A stretch of DNA of 32,306 bases from Deltaproteobacteria bacterium (GCA_013151235.1 JAADIO010000026.1:1-32306); one strand, 5' to 3'; shown: positions 17,086 to 26,200, counted from the first letter of the stretch. Numbers and translations: made by a program. The notes: generated by a model from the sequence alone, not told the origin.

Positions 17086-18015
17086 ATGGCCAAAACGTTA
17101 GTCACAGGTGGCGCCGGGTTCATCGGCTCCCATGTCGTGCGTGAGATGATTCAAAACGGTCTGGAGGTGGTGGTCGTGGACGATCTCTCTTCCGGGAAGA
17201 AGGAGAACCTTCCGGACGGTGTGAGCTTCCATGAACTCGATATCACCTCCCCGGAACTGGAAAAAGTCTTTGAATCGGAACGGCCCGATTATGTTCATCA
17301 CCTGGCCGCCCAGATCAGTGTGGCCGATTCCGTTCGGGATCCCCTCCATGATGCCATGGTCAATGTCGTCGGTTCCGTGAACCTGTTGCAGAACGCAGTG
17401 AAGTACGGCGTGAAAAAGTTCATCTTCTCCTCCTCCGGCGGGACCGTTTATGGCGCCACGGAACATCTGCCCGCGGTGGAGGAACTCCCCTTCTCTGCGA
17501 TGTCGCCTTACGGTGTGACCAAGATCTGCATGGAGTATTATCTTCCCTATTACCGGGCGGAGAAAGGTCTGAACTATACCGTGCTTCGATATTCCAATGT
17601 TTATGGACCCCGGCAGGATCCCCACGGCGAGGCAGGGGTGGTGGCCATTTTCTGCCGGACCATGTTGGACGGCCGGACGCCGACGATCAACGGTGACGGA
17701 AAATATATCCGGGATTATGTCTATGCCGGGGATGTGGCGCGGGCCAACTTTCTGGCTATTGAAAAGGGGGACCACGACTGCTTTAATATCGGCACCGGTG
17801 TCCGGACCGATGTGAACCAGCTCTATCAGGAGATTGCAGCGGTAATCGGTTTTGATCAGGCCCCTCCTCATGGGCCGCACCGGCCGGGAGATCTGCGGGA
17901 AAATTATCTCAATGCCTCCAAGGCATCACGTCTCCTCGGATGGGAACCCCGGATTTCTCTGAAAGATGGGCTGGCAAGGACGGTGGACTATTTTCGGAAT
18001 GGAGGTCGAAGTTGA
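17086..18015 (+). CDS. NAD-dependent epimerase, UDP-glucose 4-epimerase-like extended SDR
   Basis: GGAGFIGSH, HLAAQ.SV..S, SSGGTVYG, SPYGVTK and NVYGPRQDPHGEAGVVAIF; AAGGAG RBS. Confidence 0.88.
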   Translation: MAKTLVTGGAGFIGSHVVREMIQNGLEVVVVDDLSSGKKENLPDGVSFHELDITSPELEKVFESERPDYVHHLAAQISVADSVRDPLHDAMVNVVGSVNLLQNAVKYGVKKFIFSSSGGTVYGATEHLPAVEELPFSAMSPYGVTKICMEYYLPYYRAEKGLNYTVLRYSNVYGPRQDPHGEAGVVAIFCRTMLDGRTPTINGDGKYIRDYVYAGDVARANFLAIEKGDHDCFNIGTGVRTDVNQLYQEIAAVIGFDQAPPHGPHRPGDLRENYLNASKASRLLGWEPRISLKDGLARTVDYFRNGGRS

Positions 18016-19385
18016 ATCGGGACGGAATCAATCCCGGGATCTTCCGGGCTTATGATATCCGGGGGATCGTGGGCAAAGACCTGGACGGCTCGGTTGCCGA
18101 ACGGATTGGCCGGGCCTACGGGACCTATGTTGCGGTAAAAGGGGTCCGGACGGTTTCCGTCGGCCGGGACGGCCGGCTGAGCTCGGAGGAGCTTGCTTCC
18201 TCCCTGATCGAGGGACTCTGTGCCGCAGGACTGGATGTGATCGATGTCGGACTCTGCCCCACACCGCTGCTCTATTTCTCCCTCTTTCATCTCCCCGTGG
18301 ACGGCGGGATCATGGTGACGGGCAGTCACAATCCCCCCGACTATAACGGATTCAAGATCTGTGTGGGCAAAGAGACAATCCACGGAGAAGAGATCCAGAA
18401 GATCCGGAAGGTTATTGAAGCAGGAAAATTTGAAGAAGGGAAGGGAAAACGGATTTCCGGCGAAATCATCCCCGACTATCTTGCTCATCAACGGAAGAGT
18501 TTCCAGGGGCTGACGGGCGGTCCCTCCCTTCGTGTTGTTGTGGATGCCGGAAATGGAACGGCAGCCACAGTGGCTCCGTCCCTTCTCTCGGATCTGGGCT
18601 GTGATGTGATTCCCCTCTTCTGCGAGATCGACGGGAACTTTCCGAACCATTTTCCGGATCCCACCGTTCCGGAGAATCTTGTTTCGCTGATTGCAAAGGT
18701 CCGGGAGACCTCCGCCGATTTCGGAGTCGCCTATGACGGGGACGCCGACCGGATCGGTATCGTCGATGATCAAGGCGCGATTGTCTGGGGGGACCAACTG
18801 ATGATCCTCTTCGGCCGGGAGATTCTGAAACGGACGCCGGGGGCTACATTCATCTCCGAAGTCAAGTGCTCCCAGGTGATGTATGATGACCTGAGGTCCA
18901 AAGGAGGCAACCCCATTATGTGGAAAACGGGCCACTCCCTGATCAAAAGTAAAATGAAAGAGACCGGAGCGGCCCTTGCCGGGGAGATGAGCGGGCACAT
19001 TTTTTTCGCCGACCGTTATTACGGCTATGATGATGCGATCTATGCCACCTGCCGTTTGGTCGAGATTCTGAAAGCGAGCGGCAGACGGGTCTCGGAACTT
19101 CTCTCGGATCTTCCAAAGACCTTTGCCACCCCGGAGATCCGTCGGGAGTGCAGCGAAAAGAAAAAGTTCGGGATCGTCGAGGCTGCGAAAGAACGTTTTG
19201 CAAGAGAGTTTGAGATCATTGATGTAGATGGGGTCAGAATCCTGTTTAAAGACGGTGCATGGGGTCTGATCCGTGCCTCCAATACGCAGCCGGTTCTGGT
19301 CCTTCGGTTCGAAGCAAAAAGTGAAGCAAGGCTCAAGGAAGTGCAAAACTTCGTGGAGGGAGAGCTGGAGAAATTGGAAAGATGA
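18012..19385 (+). CDS. Phosphomannomutase/phosphoglucomutase (AlgC-like)
   Basis: FRAYDIRG, TGSHNP, DGDADR, GEMSGH and RASNTQP; TTG 18012 follows GGAGG and overlaps the upstream stop. Confidence 0.94.
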   Translation: MNRDGINPGIFRAYDIRGIVGKDLDGSVAERIGRAYGTYVAVKGVRTVSVGRDGRLSSEELASSLIEGLCAAGLDVIDVGLCPTPLLYFSLFHLPVDGGIMVTGSHNPPDYNGFKICVGKETIHGEEIQKIRKVIEAGKFEEGKGKRISGEIIPDYLAHQRKSFQGLTGGPSLRVVVDAGNGTAATVAPSLLSDLGCDVIPLFCEIDGNFPNHFPDPTVPENLVSLIAKVRETSADFGVAYDGDADRIGIVDDQGAIVWGDQLMILFGREILKRTPGATFISEVKCSQVMYDDLRSKGGNPIMWKTGHSLIKSKMKETGAALAGEMSGHIFFADRYYGYDDAIYATCRLVEILKASGRRVSELLSDLPKTFATPEIRRECSEKKKFGIVEAAKERFAREFEIIDVDGVRILFKDGAWGLIRASNTQPVLVLRFEAKSEARLKEVQNFVEGELEKLER

Positions 19386-19420
19386 AAAACCAAAGATGAA
19401 AAATCAAGATCAAAAGCACT

Positions 19421-19449
19421 CACCACGGGGAACACGGGGGCACGGGGAA
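19421..19449 (+). repeat. CAC-triad repeat
   Basis: CAC CACGGGGAA CACGGGGG CACGGGGAA preceded by AAATCAAGATCAAAAGC; resembles 16958-16988. Confidence 0.7.
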
Positions 19450-19486
19450 AACCGGAAAAATGGAAAAACAGAACATCTGAAGCGCT

Positions 19487-19548
19487 CCTTCGCCTTGGGC
19501 TTGTCGAGGGGTGAACCGTTCATGGTTCGACAGGCTCACCACGAACGG
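19487..19548. repeat. Free-standing inverted doublet of TCGA-type REP-like units
   Basis: CCTTCGCCTTGGGCTTGTCGAGGGGTGAAC followed by CCGTTCATGGTTCGACAGGCTCACCACGAACGG, the same units found inside the MITEs. Confidence 0.7.
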
Positions 19549-19591
19549 TCAATGGGGGGCCGAAAAAGCTTGAATCTCGGGATAGTGATTT

Positions 19592-20143
19592 ATGGATTCC
19601 ATGATCAAGATTGAAGAAAACAGGGAAAACACCGGGGATGTCTCCGGGAAGAACTGGTACGCCGTCCATACCCGTTCCCGGCACGAGAAAAAGGTCGATA
19701 CCGAACTGAAGGGCAAGGGAGTGGAATCTTTTCTTCCACTCTATGAAACCCTGAGTCGCAGACGGGACCGGAAAAAGGTGATCGATCTTCCCCTCTTTTC
19801 CGGATATCTCTTTGTACACATTGTGCCTGAGCGGGAACGGATTCTGGATGTTCTGAAGGTCAAGGGGGTCGTCCGGATTATCGGCAGAACGTCGACGGAA
19901 CTCCATGCCATACCGGAGGCGCAGATCGAAGCGGTCCGCAGGTTTGTTGAAAGTGATGTCCTGATCAGCGGGCATCCCTATATCAAGGAAGGAAGCCGGG
20001 TCCGCGTCAAGTGCGGCCCCCTGACGGGCGTTGAAGGGGTCCTGCAGGAGAAGCGGGGAAAGCACCGCCTGATCATCGCCGTTGACATGCTGCAGCAGGC
20101 CGTTTCCACGGAGATCTCCGTCGATGAGGTGGAGCCGGTGTAG
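19592..20143 (+). CDS. NusG-paralogue transcription antiterminator (UpxY/LoaP/RfaH-like); start may be 19601
   Basis: NGN domain WYAVHTRSRHEKKV...PLFSGYLFV and KOW domain GSRVRVKCGPLTGVEG. Confidence 0.92.
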   Translation: MDSMIKIEENRENTGDVSGKNWYAVHTRSRHEKKVDTELKGKGVESFLPLYETLSRRRDRKKVIDLPLFSGYLFVHIVPERERILDVLKVKGVVRIIGRTSTELHAIPEAQIEAVRRFVESDVLISGHPYIKEGSRVRVKCGPLTGVEGVLQEKRGKHRLIIAVDMLQQAVSTEISVDEVEPV

Positions 20144-20166
20144 TTGTCGGAAGATGGGTCCTCTCT

Positions 20167-20242
20167 TCCTTCCCCTTTGTAAAAGAGGGGAAGGAGGGAT
20201 TCTTCTTCTCTTGATTTCCCCTCACTCCCCTTCCGGAAGGGG
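20167..20242. repeat. Two CCCCT/AGGGG-type hairpins downstream of the antiterminator gene
   Basis: 10-bp stem TCCTTCCCCT/AGGGGAAGGA at 20167-20195 and perfect palindrome CCCCTTCCGGAAGGGG at 20227-20242. Confidence 0.6.
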
Positions 20243-20403
20243 GAAGCAAGTTGGAGGAGGTTGAGAGAACTTTCTTGTTTTTGTAACGCAGAGGGCGGAG
20301 CTGTATCAACGGGTTGCCTGTACCTGACTTTGTTCAGGAATGATTATCCTTGTATGCAACGTCCTAAATGATTGATCAGTTATTATTTTTGTATACAACA
20401 CTT

Positions 20404-20622
20404 GATGGTGTCGTAAAAAGTCACGAAGCCCTTCGGCCGGCTCAGGACAGGCCCTTCGACATACTCAGGAGAGCCTTGTTCAGGGTGAACGGTGTAAGTT
20501 ATTGATATTCCCTTCGCATGGTTCGGCAAGCTTCTGAGCATGGTGAGCTCAGTCGAACCACATGCTCGGAAGCCTGTCGAACCATGAACGGAAGCCGGAA
20601 AACGACTTTTTACGACTTCATC
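20404..20622. mobile_element. MITE copy 3 (219 bp)
   Basis: Ends GATGGTGTCGTAAAAAGTC ... GACTTTTTACGACTTCATC; ACACTT is duplicated at 20398-20403 and 20623-20628. Confidence 0.88.
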
Positions 20623-20706
20623 ACACTTGGAGAGATGATGAAAAATCTCGTTGATTGATTTTATTGTTATATCGCTGTTGCATCTTGACAAAGGAATAAC
20701 TCACAC

Positions 20707-21315
20707 ATGAATTTATTGAAAAAACCGAAGTACGGCAAACCGATTATTGTTGTTTCCGGTCTGCCCCGGTCGGGCACCTCGATGATGATGAAGATGCTTG
20801 AGGCCGGGGGCGTGGAGATCGCTTCCGACGGCGAACGGAAAGCCGACGACGACAACCCGAAGGGCTATTATGAACTGGAGCGGATTAAGGAACTTGATAA
20901 AGGCAAAGATAAAAGTTGGGTCAAGAATCTTCGGGGCAAGGCGGTGAAGGTAATCTCCTTCCTTCTCAAGGACCTGCCCGGCGAGCATTTCTACAAAGTG
21001 ATCTTTGTGCGTCGGGACCTGAAGGAGGTCATGGCCTCCCAGAACAAGATGCTCGTGAATCGGGGTGTAGATTTTGATCCTTCCTATGAAAAGAAAATGA
21101 TTGCGAATTATGAAAAGCATCTACATCAAGTGGAGCAGATACTGAAAGGGGATGACCGGTTTGATGTGCTCTATCTAAGTCATCGAGAGATCTTGAACGA
21201 CCCTTTAACGTCGGCCAAGGCCATATCATCTTTTGTGCAAGACGGGCTGAATGAAAAAGCCATGGCCGGGGTCGTCGACACAGCACTCTATCGGAACCGT
21301 AACGGAGTGATTTAA
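20707..21315 (+). CDS. PAPS-dependent sulfotransferase family protein
   Basis: 5'-PSB loop IVVSGLPRSGTSMM, NPKGYYE and 3'-PB-like IFVRRDLKEVMASQ; adjacent to cysQ and cysC. Confidence 0.82.
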   Translation: MNLLKKPKYGKPIIVVSGLPRSGTSMMMKMLEAGGVEIASDGERKADDDNPKGYYELERIKELDKGKDKSWVKNLRGKAVKVISFLLKDLPGEHFYKVIFVRRDLKEVMASQNKMLVNRGVDFDPSYEKKMIANYEKHLHQVEQILKGDDRFDVLYLSHREILNDPLTSAKAISSFVQDGLNEKAMAGVVDTALYRNRNGVI

Positions 21316-21318
21316 AAG

Positions 21319-22767
21319 ATGCTGCGTGAACGTGCTCGGATGGTGACGAGGATCTCCGTTATTACGGACGTCATCATTGAACTTGTTGCCTTCTATCTGG
21401 CCCACTGGGTTCGGAATACCTTTCTCATTGGTCTGGCCTGGGAGGTTATGGGGAAGGTTTATGTCGTCCATGAGCGGGAACTGGCGAGCCAGGACCTCTG
21501 GCTGCTGGTCATGATCATTCCCTTTTCCCTCTATCTCTTTCGCCATTACGGGGCCTACGAATCGGCCCGGCTGAAGAGTTTCGGGATGGTGATGAGCGGA
21601 TACCTCTCGGGGATCCTCGCGATGCTGATTTTCCTCGTATTGATGCACGATGTTTTTGTTCAGTTGAGAATCAGCCGTCTTCTTTCCGTCCTTTTTCTCG
21701 GATTCACTGCATTGTTGATCGCCATCAAGGAACAGGTTCTTTTCTTCGCGATGCATCATTTCCGGGGGATGGGGTTTAATTTTCGGAATGTTCTGATTGT
21801 CGGGAGCGGTCCCCGCGCCATGGAGGTGGTGGATGCACTGAAAGAGCATCCGGAGTGGGGGCTCAGGCTGGTCGGTTTCGTCGACCCGGATCCGAATCGT
21901 GTGGGGAAAGAGTATGGAGGCCATGTTGTCGTGGGGAGTGTAGATGATTTGCCGCAAACACTTGACGAGAACGTGGTGGATGAAGTTATTATCGCCATGC
22001 CGAGAAGCTGGTTCCAGCTTGTGGAAAAGGTCCTTCGCACCTGCGAGACCTCGGGGATTCGTGCCCATCTCCGATTTGATCTTTTCAATCCCAAGATCGC
22101 CAAACCGGTCTTTCACGACCTCTTCGGGTTTCATCTCCTCTCCTTCGAAACAACCTCCATGCATGATATTCAATTACTGGTCAAGCGCGGGTTCGATGTG
22201 GGGGCCTCCCTGATCCTCATTCTTCTTTTCGCACCGCTGATGATCGCGGTTGCCCTGCTCGTAAAACTAACTTCGCCCGGTCCGGTCTTCTTCAAACAGG
22301 AACGGATGGGGTTGAATGGGCGGCGCTTCATGATGTACAAGTTTCGCTCCATGTATGTTGATGCGGAAGAGCGTCTGACCGAACTGGAGGATCAAAACGA
22401 AATGACGGGACCGGTCTTCAAAATTTCCGACGACCCGCGTGTGACCCCCGTCGGTCGTTTCATCCGGAAGTTCAGCATCGATGAACTTCCCCAGCTTTTT
22501 AACGTCTTCAAGGGGGAGATGTCTCTCGTTGGTCCCCGTCCTCCCGTCTATCGGGAAGTTGTCGAATACCAGCGATGGCAGCGTCGCCGGCTTTCCATGC
22601 GTCCCGGAATCACCTGTATCTGGCAGGTTAGCGGCAGGAACGATATCGATTTCGAGGAGTGGATGGAACTCGATTTGGAATACATCGACAACTGGTCTTT
22701 CTGGCTCGACCTGAAACTTCTCTTCAAGACCATCCCGGCGGTCCTGGCCGGGAAGGGGGCGCACTGA
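21319..22767 (+). CDS. Second priming polyprenyl-phosphate sugar transferase (WcaJ/CpsE-like)
   Basis: N-terminal TMs, [44 protein letters not shown] and DLEYIDNWS. Confidence 0.93.
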   Translation: MLRERARMVTRISVITDVIIELVAFYLAHWVRNTFLIGLAWEVMGKVYVVHERELASQDLWLLVMIIPFSLYLFRHYGAYESARLKSFGMVMSGYLSGILAMLIFLVLMHDVFVQLRISRLLSVLFLGFTALLIAIKEQVLFFAMHHFRGMGFNFRNVLIVGSGPRAMEVVDALKEHPEWGLRLVGFVDPDPNRVGKEYGGHVVVGSVDDLPQTLDENVVDEVIIAMPRSWFQLVEKVLRTCETSGIRAHLRFDLFNPKIAKPVFHDLFGFHLLSFETTSMHDIQLLVKRGFDVGASLILILLFAPLMIAVALLVKLTSPGPVFFKQERMGLNGRRFMMYKFRSMYVDAEERLTELEDQNEMTGPVFKISDDPRVTPVGRFIRKFSIDELPQLFNVFKGEMSLVGPRPPVYREVVEYQRWQRRRLSMRPGITCIWQVSGRNDIDFEEWMELDLEYIDNWSFWLDLKLLFKTIPAVLAGKGAH

Positions 22768-22776
22768 AAACCTGCT

Positions 22777-22805
22777 CACCGCAAAGGAGCAAAAGACGCA
22801 AAGGA
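22777..22805 (+). repeat. CAC-triad repeat
   Basis: CAC CGCAAAGGA GCAAAAGA CGCAAAGGA, 9 nt after the stop codon. Confidence 0.65.
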
Positions 22806-22816
22806 AACCATAAATT

Positions 22817-23590
22817 ATGAATATAGAAATAGACAAAGTTTGCAGTATTGCCGTTGAAGCCGGTCATGCCATCCTTGAGGTCTATCAAAAGGATTTTGAC
22901 GTCGAATACAAGGATGATTATTCTCCCCTGACCGAAGCGGACAAGGCCTCCCATCAGATTATAGAAAGAGAGCTGTTAAAACGCTATCCGGAGATTCCCG
23001 TTCTTTCCGAAGAAGGGAAGGGAATCCCCTACCCGGAGCGGAGGAACTGGGAGCGTTTCTGGCTGGTCGATCCGCTGGACGGAACCAAGGAATTCATCAA
23101 GCGGAATGGTGAATTCACCGTCAATATCGCCCTCATTGAAGGGTATCGCCCCGCAGCCGGTGTGATCTACATTCCCGTTGAGGACCGCCTCTTCTACGGG
23201 ATCGTGGGGGAGGGGGCCTGGTCCCGGAATGGAGACGGGGAGACCGTTCCCATCCATGTCCGGGAAAGCCCGTCGGAGAACGGGCTTGTCGTTGTACAGA
23301 GCCGTTCCCATCCATCGGAAGCGCTCCGGCATTATCTGGGGAAGCTGAACATCAGGGAGTCGATTGCCAGAGGGAGCTCCCTGAAACTCTGCGCCGTCGC
23401 CGACGGAAGTGCCGACATCTATCCCCGTCTCGGCCCGACTTGGGAATGGGATACTGCCGCCGGTCATGCCATCGTCGAGGCAGCGGGGGGACACGTCGTG
23501 GACCTGAAGAAGATGCCTTTACGATACAATAAGGAAGTGATCAAGAACGACCACTTCATCGTTGTCTCGGATCTGGGGTTGATGCCGTGA
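22817..23590 (+). CDS. cysQ: 3'(2'),5'-bisphosphate nucleotidase (PAP phosphatase)
   Basis: SPLTEAD, LSEE, WLVDPLDGTKEFI, GSSLK and YPRLGPTWEWDTAAG. Confidence 0.95.
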   Translation: MNIEIDKVCSIAVEAGHAILEVYQKDFDVEYKDDYSPLTEADKASHQIIERELLKRYPEIPVLSEEGKGIPYPERRNWERFWLVDPLDGTKEFIKRNGEFTVNIALIEGYRPAAGVIYIPVEDRLFYGIVGEGAWSRNGDGETVPIHVRESPSENGLVVVQSRSHPSEALRHYLGKLNIRESIARGSSLKLCAVADGSADIYPRLGPTWEWDTAAGHAIVEAAGGHVVDLKKMPLRYNKEVIKNDHFIVVSDLGLMP

Positions 23591-23597
23591 GGTATTT

Positions 23598-23626
23598 CAC
23601 CGCAGAGACGCAGAGGGCGCAGAGAA
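23598..23626 (+). repeat. CAC-triad repeat
   Basis: CAC CGCAGAGA CGCAGAGGG CGCAGAGAA, 7 nt after the cysQ stop. Confidence 0.7.
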
Positions 23627-23684
23627 GATCAACAACATAGCAAAAAACAAAGGATGAACAAGAGCAAAGGGAAAAGGATATTTT

Positions 23685-25412
23685 ATGACTCATGTAAACG
23701 AACCCTACGGCGAAACACTGATCAATCTTCTTGAAAACCCTGACCGGGTGCGGGAGCTGAATGAACTCGGCAAGACGATTCCCTCCCATACCCTGACCCA
23801 TCGTCAGATTTGCGACCTGGAACTTCTTCTGAACGGGGGACTGTCGCCTCTCCGGGGGTTCATGTTGCGGGAGGAATACGAATCGGTATTGGAGGAGATG
23901 CGTCTTGACGACGGTAAGCTCTGGCCTGTGCCGATAACCTTGGATGTCCCCGATGCCCTGGCCGCTCAGGTCGAACCGGGAGGAGAACTGGCCCTGCGTG
24001 ATTCGGAAGGATTCATGGTTGCCGTCCTCCGGGTGGAAAGCCGCTGGAAGGCGGATCGGGAGAAAGAGGCAAAGCTTCTCTTCGGGACGGATTCAAGGGA
24101 TCACCCAGGCGTCCGCTATCTTCTGGAAGAAGTGAACGACACTTATATTGGGGGACGGGTCGAGGGCATCCAGCTTCCCCTCCATTATGATTTCGAGACC
24201 CTGCGTCATACTCCTGCCGAACTGCGTGCGGAATTCGAGCGTCTTGGCTGGCGCCGGGTTGTCGCCTTTCACACCAGCAAACCGATGCACCGGATCCACA
24301 GGGAGATTACCCTGAAGGCTGCGCGGGAGGCCAATGCACACATTCTGATCCATCCGGCGGTCGGAATGACCAAACCGGGCGATCTCCATTATTATGCGAG
24401 AGTCCACTGTTACGAGGCGATTCTGCGGCACTATCCCCACAACTTGGCGGTCCTTTCACTGCTCCCGGTTGCCGTCCGGATGGCCGGTCCCAGGGAGGCC
24501 TTAATGAATGCCATCATCCGCAAAAATTACGGCTGCTCACATATCATCATCGGTCCGGAACATGCAGCGCCGCCGAATCTTCGCGACGGGGAGAAACGGT
24601 TTTATCCTGCATACGCCTCGCAGGAGATTGTCCGAAAACATATGGAAGAGATAGGGATTGAAATGATTCCTGTTCGGGAGATGCGGTATGTGCCGGAGAC
24701 CGGCACCTTCCTCCCCCTGACCCGGATTGAGCGGGAGGGCAAAACAGGCCTCGTTTTTACGGACAAGCGGCTCCGGGAAGATCTTGCCTGCAATCGAAAA
24801 ATCCCGGACTGGTTCTCTTATCCCGATGTTATTGAAAGACTCCGCACGGTTTATCCTCGACGAAGCAAACAAGGGCTGACCCTCTTTTTTACCGGCCTCT
24901 CCGGAGCGGGGAAGTCGACCCTGGCCAAGATCCTTTATGCGAAATTTATTGAAGCCGGCGGCCGACCGGTCACGTTGCTGGACGGGGATATCGTTCGACG
25001 CAATCTTTCGAGCGAACTCGGATTTTCCAAGGCACACCGGGATCTGAACATCCAGCGAATCGGATTTGTGGCCGGAGAGATTACGAAAAACGGCGGAGTC
25101 GCCATCTGTGCCCCGATTGCTCCTTATTCAGCAATGCGCAGAGCCGTGAGGGAATTGATCGAGCAGCACGGCGCCTTTATCGAGATCCATGTTGCAACCC
25201 CGGTGGAGGTTTGCGAAGGCCGGGACCGCAAAGGGCTTTACGCCAAGGCGAGGGCCGGACTGATCCCGGCGTTCACCGGAGTCAGCGATCCCTATGAAGT
25301 GCCGGAGACCCCTGAGATTCGTATTGACACGACCGACACTTCTCCCATGGAAGCCGCCCAGGAGGTTTTTCTCTACCTCATTCGGGAAGGATATATCGAT
25401 ACGGAGGGGTGA
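23685..25412 (+). CDS. cysC: ATP-sulfurylase-like domain fused to adenylylsulfate kinase (Sat-CysC)
   Basis: CDLELLLNGGLSPL.GF and RMAGPREA...RKNYGC.H in the Sat part; GLSGAGKST, LDGD..RR.LS.ELGFS, RDRKGLY and FTGVSDPYE in the kinase part. Confidence 0.92.
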   Translation: MTHVNEPYGETLINLLENPDRVRELNELGKTIPSHTLTHRQICDLELLLNGGLSPLRGFMLREEYESVLEEMRLDDGKLWPVPITLDVPDALAAQVEPGGELALRDSEGFMVAVLRVESRWKADREKEAKLLFGTDSRDHPGVRYLLEEVNDTYIGGRVEGIQLPLHYDFETLRHTPAELRAEFERLGWRRVVAFHTSKPMHRIHREITLKAAREANAHILIHPAVGMTKPGDLHYYARVHCYEAILRHYPHNLAVLSLLPVAVRMAGPREALMNAIIRKNYGCSHIIIGPEHAAPPNLRDGEKRFYPAYASQEIVRKHMEEIGIEMIPVREMRYVPETGTFLPLTRIEREGKTGLVFTDKRLREDLACNRKIPDWFSYPDVIERLRTVYPRRSKQGLTLFFTGLSGAGKSTLAKILYAKFIEAGGRPVTLLDGDIVRRNLSSELGFSKAHRDLNIQRIGFVAGEITKNGGVAICAPIAPYSAMRRAVRELIEQHGAFIEIHVATPVEVCEGRDRKGLYAKARAGLIPAFTGVSDPYEVPETPEIRIDTTDTSPMEAAQEVFLYLIREGYIDTEG

Positions 25413-25418
25413 AATTTA

Positions 25419-25751
25419 ATGAAATCTCAGGAAACGGGAAAAGAAATCATTAACGACATTGTTCAGCGGATTGTTAGACAGTTCCGTCCTGAAAAAATCA
25501 TACTCTTTGGTTCTTATGCAAAAGGTGATGTCAATCCTGACAGTGATGTTGACTTATTAGTCATATTGCCTATTGAGGGTTCCCGTCGGAGGAAAACGGT
25601 CGAAATAGATTTGGCTCTTGTAGGGGTAGAACTTCCGGTGGACCTGATTGTTGTAACTCCCGAGGAGGTCGAGAAATATCGTAACAAGATTGGTACGATT
25701 ATAAGGCCTGCAATGAATGAAGGTGAGGTTCTCTATGAGCGAACAGCATAA
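25419..25751 (+). CDS. Minimal nucleotidyltransferase (MNT)
   Basis: KIILFGSYAKG...DSDVDLLVI and PVDLIV; 110 aa. Confidence 0.9.
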   Translation: MKSQETGKEIINDIVQRIVRQFRPEKIILFGSYAKGDVNPDSDVDLLVILPIEGSRRRKTVEIDLALVGVELPVDLIVVTPEEVEKYRNKIGTIIRPAMNEGEVLYERTA

Positions 25752-26142
25752 GGATCTTACAATTATTATAAGTTGGATCGAAAAGGCCGAGAACGACCTT
25801 CGGAATGCTGAGCATACACTGAGTATGGAAAAGAACTGTCCTTTCGATACAGTCTGTTTCCATGCACAACAATGTGCCGAAAAATACCTGAAAGGATTGC
25901 TGGTTTCTGTTTCTGCGGATTTTCCTAAGACCCATGACCTGCGACTTTTATTACAATTGGCTCGATTAAAGGTACCCATTGATGTCGAGATGAAGAGACT
26001 ATTGGTTTTGAACCGATATCCTATTGAGGCACGCTGCCCTGGAGAGTGGGAACCAATTACACGTTCAGAAGCAGAAGAGGCCGTAAAAATTGCTCGGGAA
26101 GTTCGGAAAAGTATCAGAAGACATATACCACAAATCACATAG
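25735..26142 (+). CDS. HEPN-domain protein (COG2250-like)
   Basis: W..KAENDL, CFHAQQCAEKYLK and PKTHDL; overlaps the MNT 3' end; ATG 25735 preferred over 25717. Confidence 0.9.
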   Translation: MSEQHKDLTIIISWIEKAENDLRNAEHTLSMEKNCPFDTVCFHAQQCAEKYLKGLLVSVSADFPKTHDLRLLLQLARLKVPIDVEMKRLLVLNRYPIEARCPGEWEPITRSEAEEAVKIAREVRKSIRRHIPQIT

Positions 26143-26200
26143 AACACATTTTTTGCGGCATTGACCCCGTCTGGGTTTTAACATCCGAAAGGATCTTCAA

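Noticed and set aside
17940-18011. Longer N-terminus for the phosphomannomutase, and likewise 6638-6688 for the Wza-like protein
   Set aside because: Both overlap the upstream gene; better RBS-linked starts exist at TTG 18012 and ATG 6689.
20293-20303. GGGCGGAGCTG resembling the RfaH ops element (GGCGGTAGnnTG)
   Set aside because: It needs gaps to match, is short and single-copy, and UpxY/LoaP-type factors need not use the enterobacterial ops.
20383-20691. Small ORFs over the MITEs and repeat spacers (also 9033-9230, 19273-19614, 29472-29729, 30795-31272)
   Set aside because: They are translations of repeat DNA (DEVVKS, HSPRGTRG, ALSRSKG recur) with no RBS or domain support.
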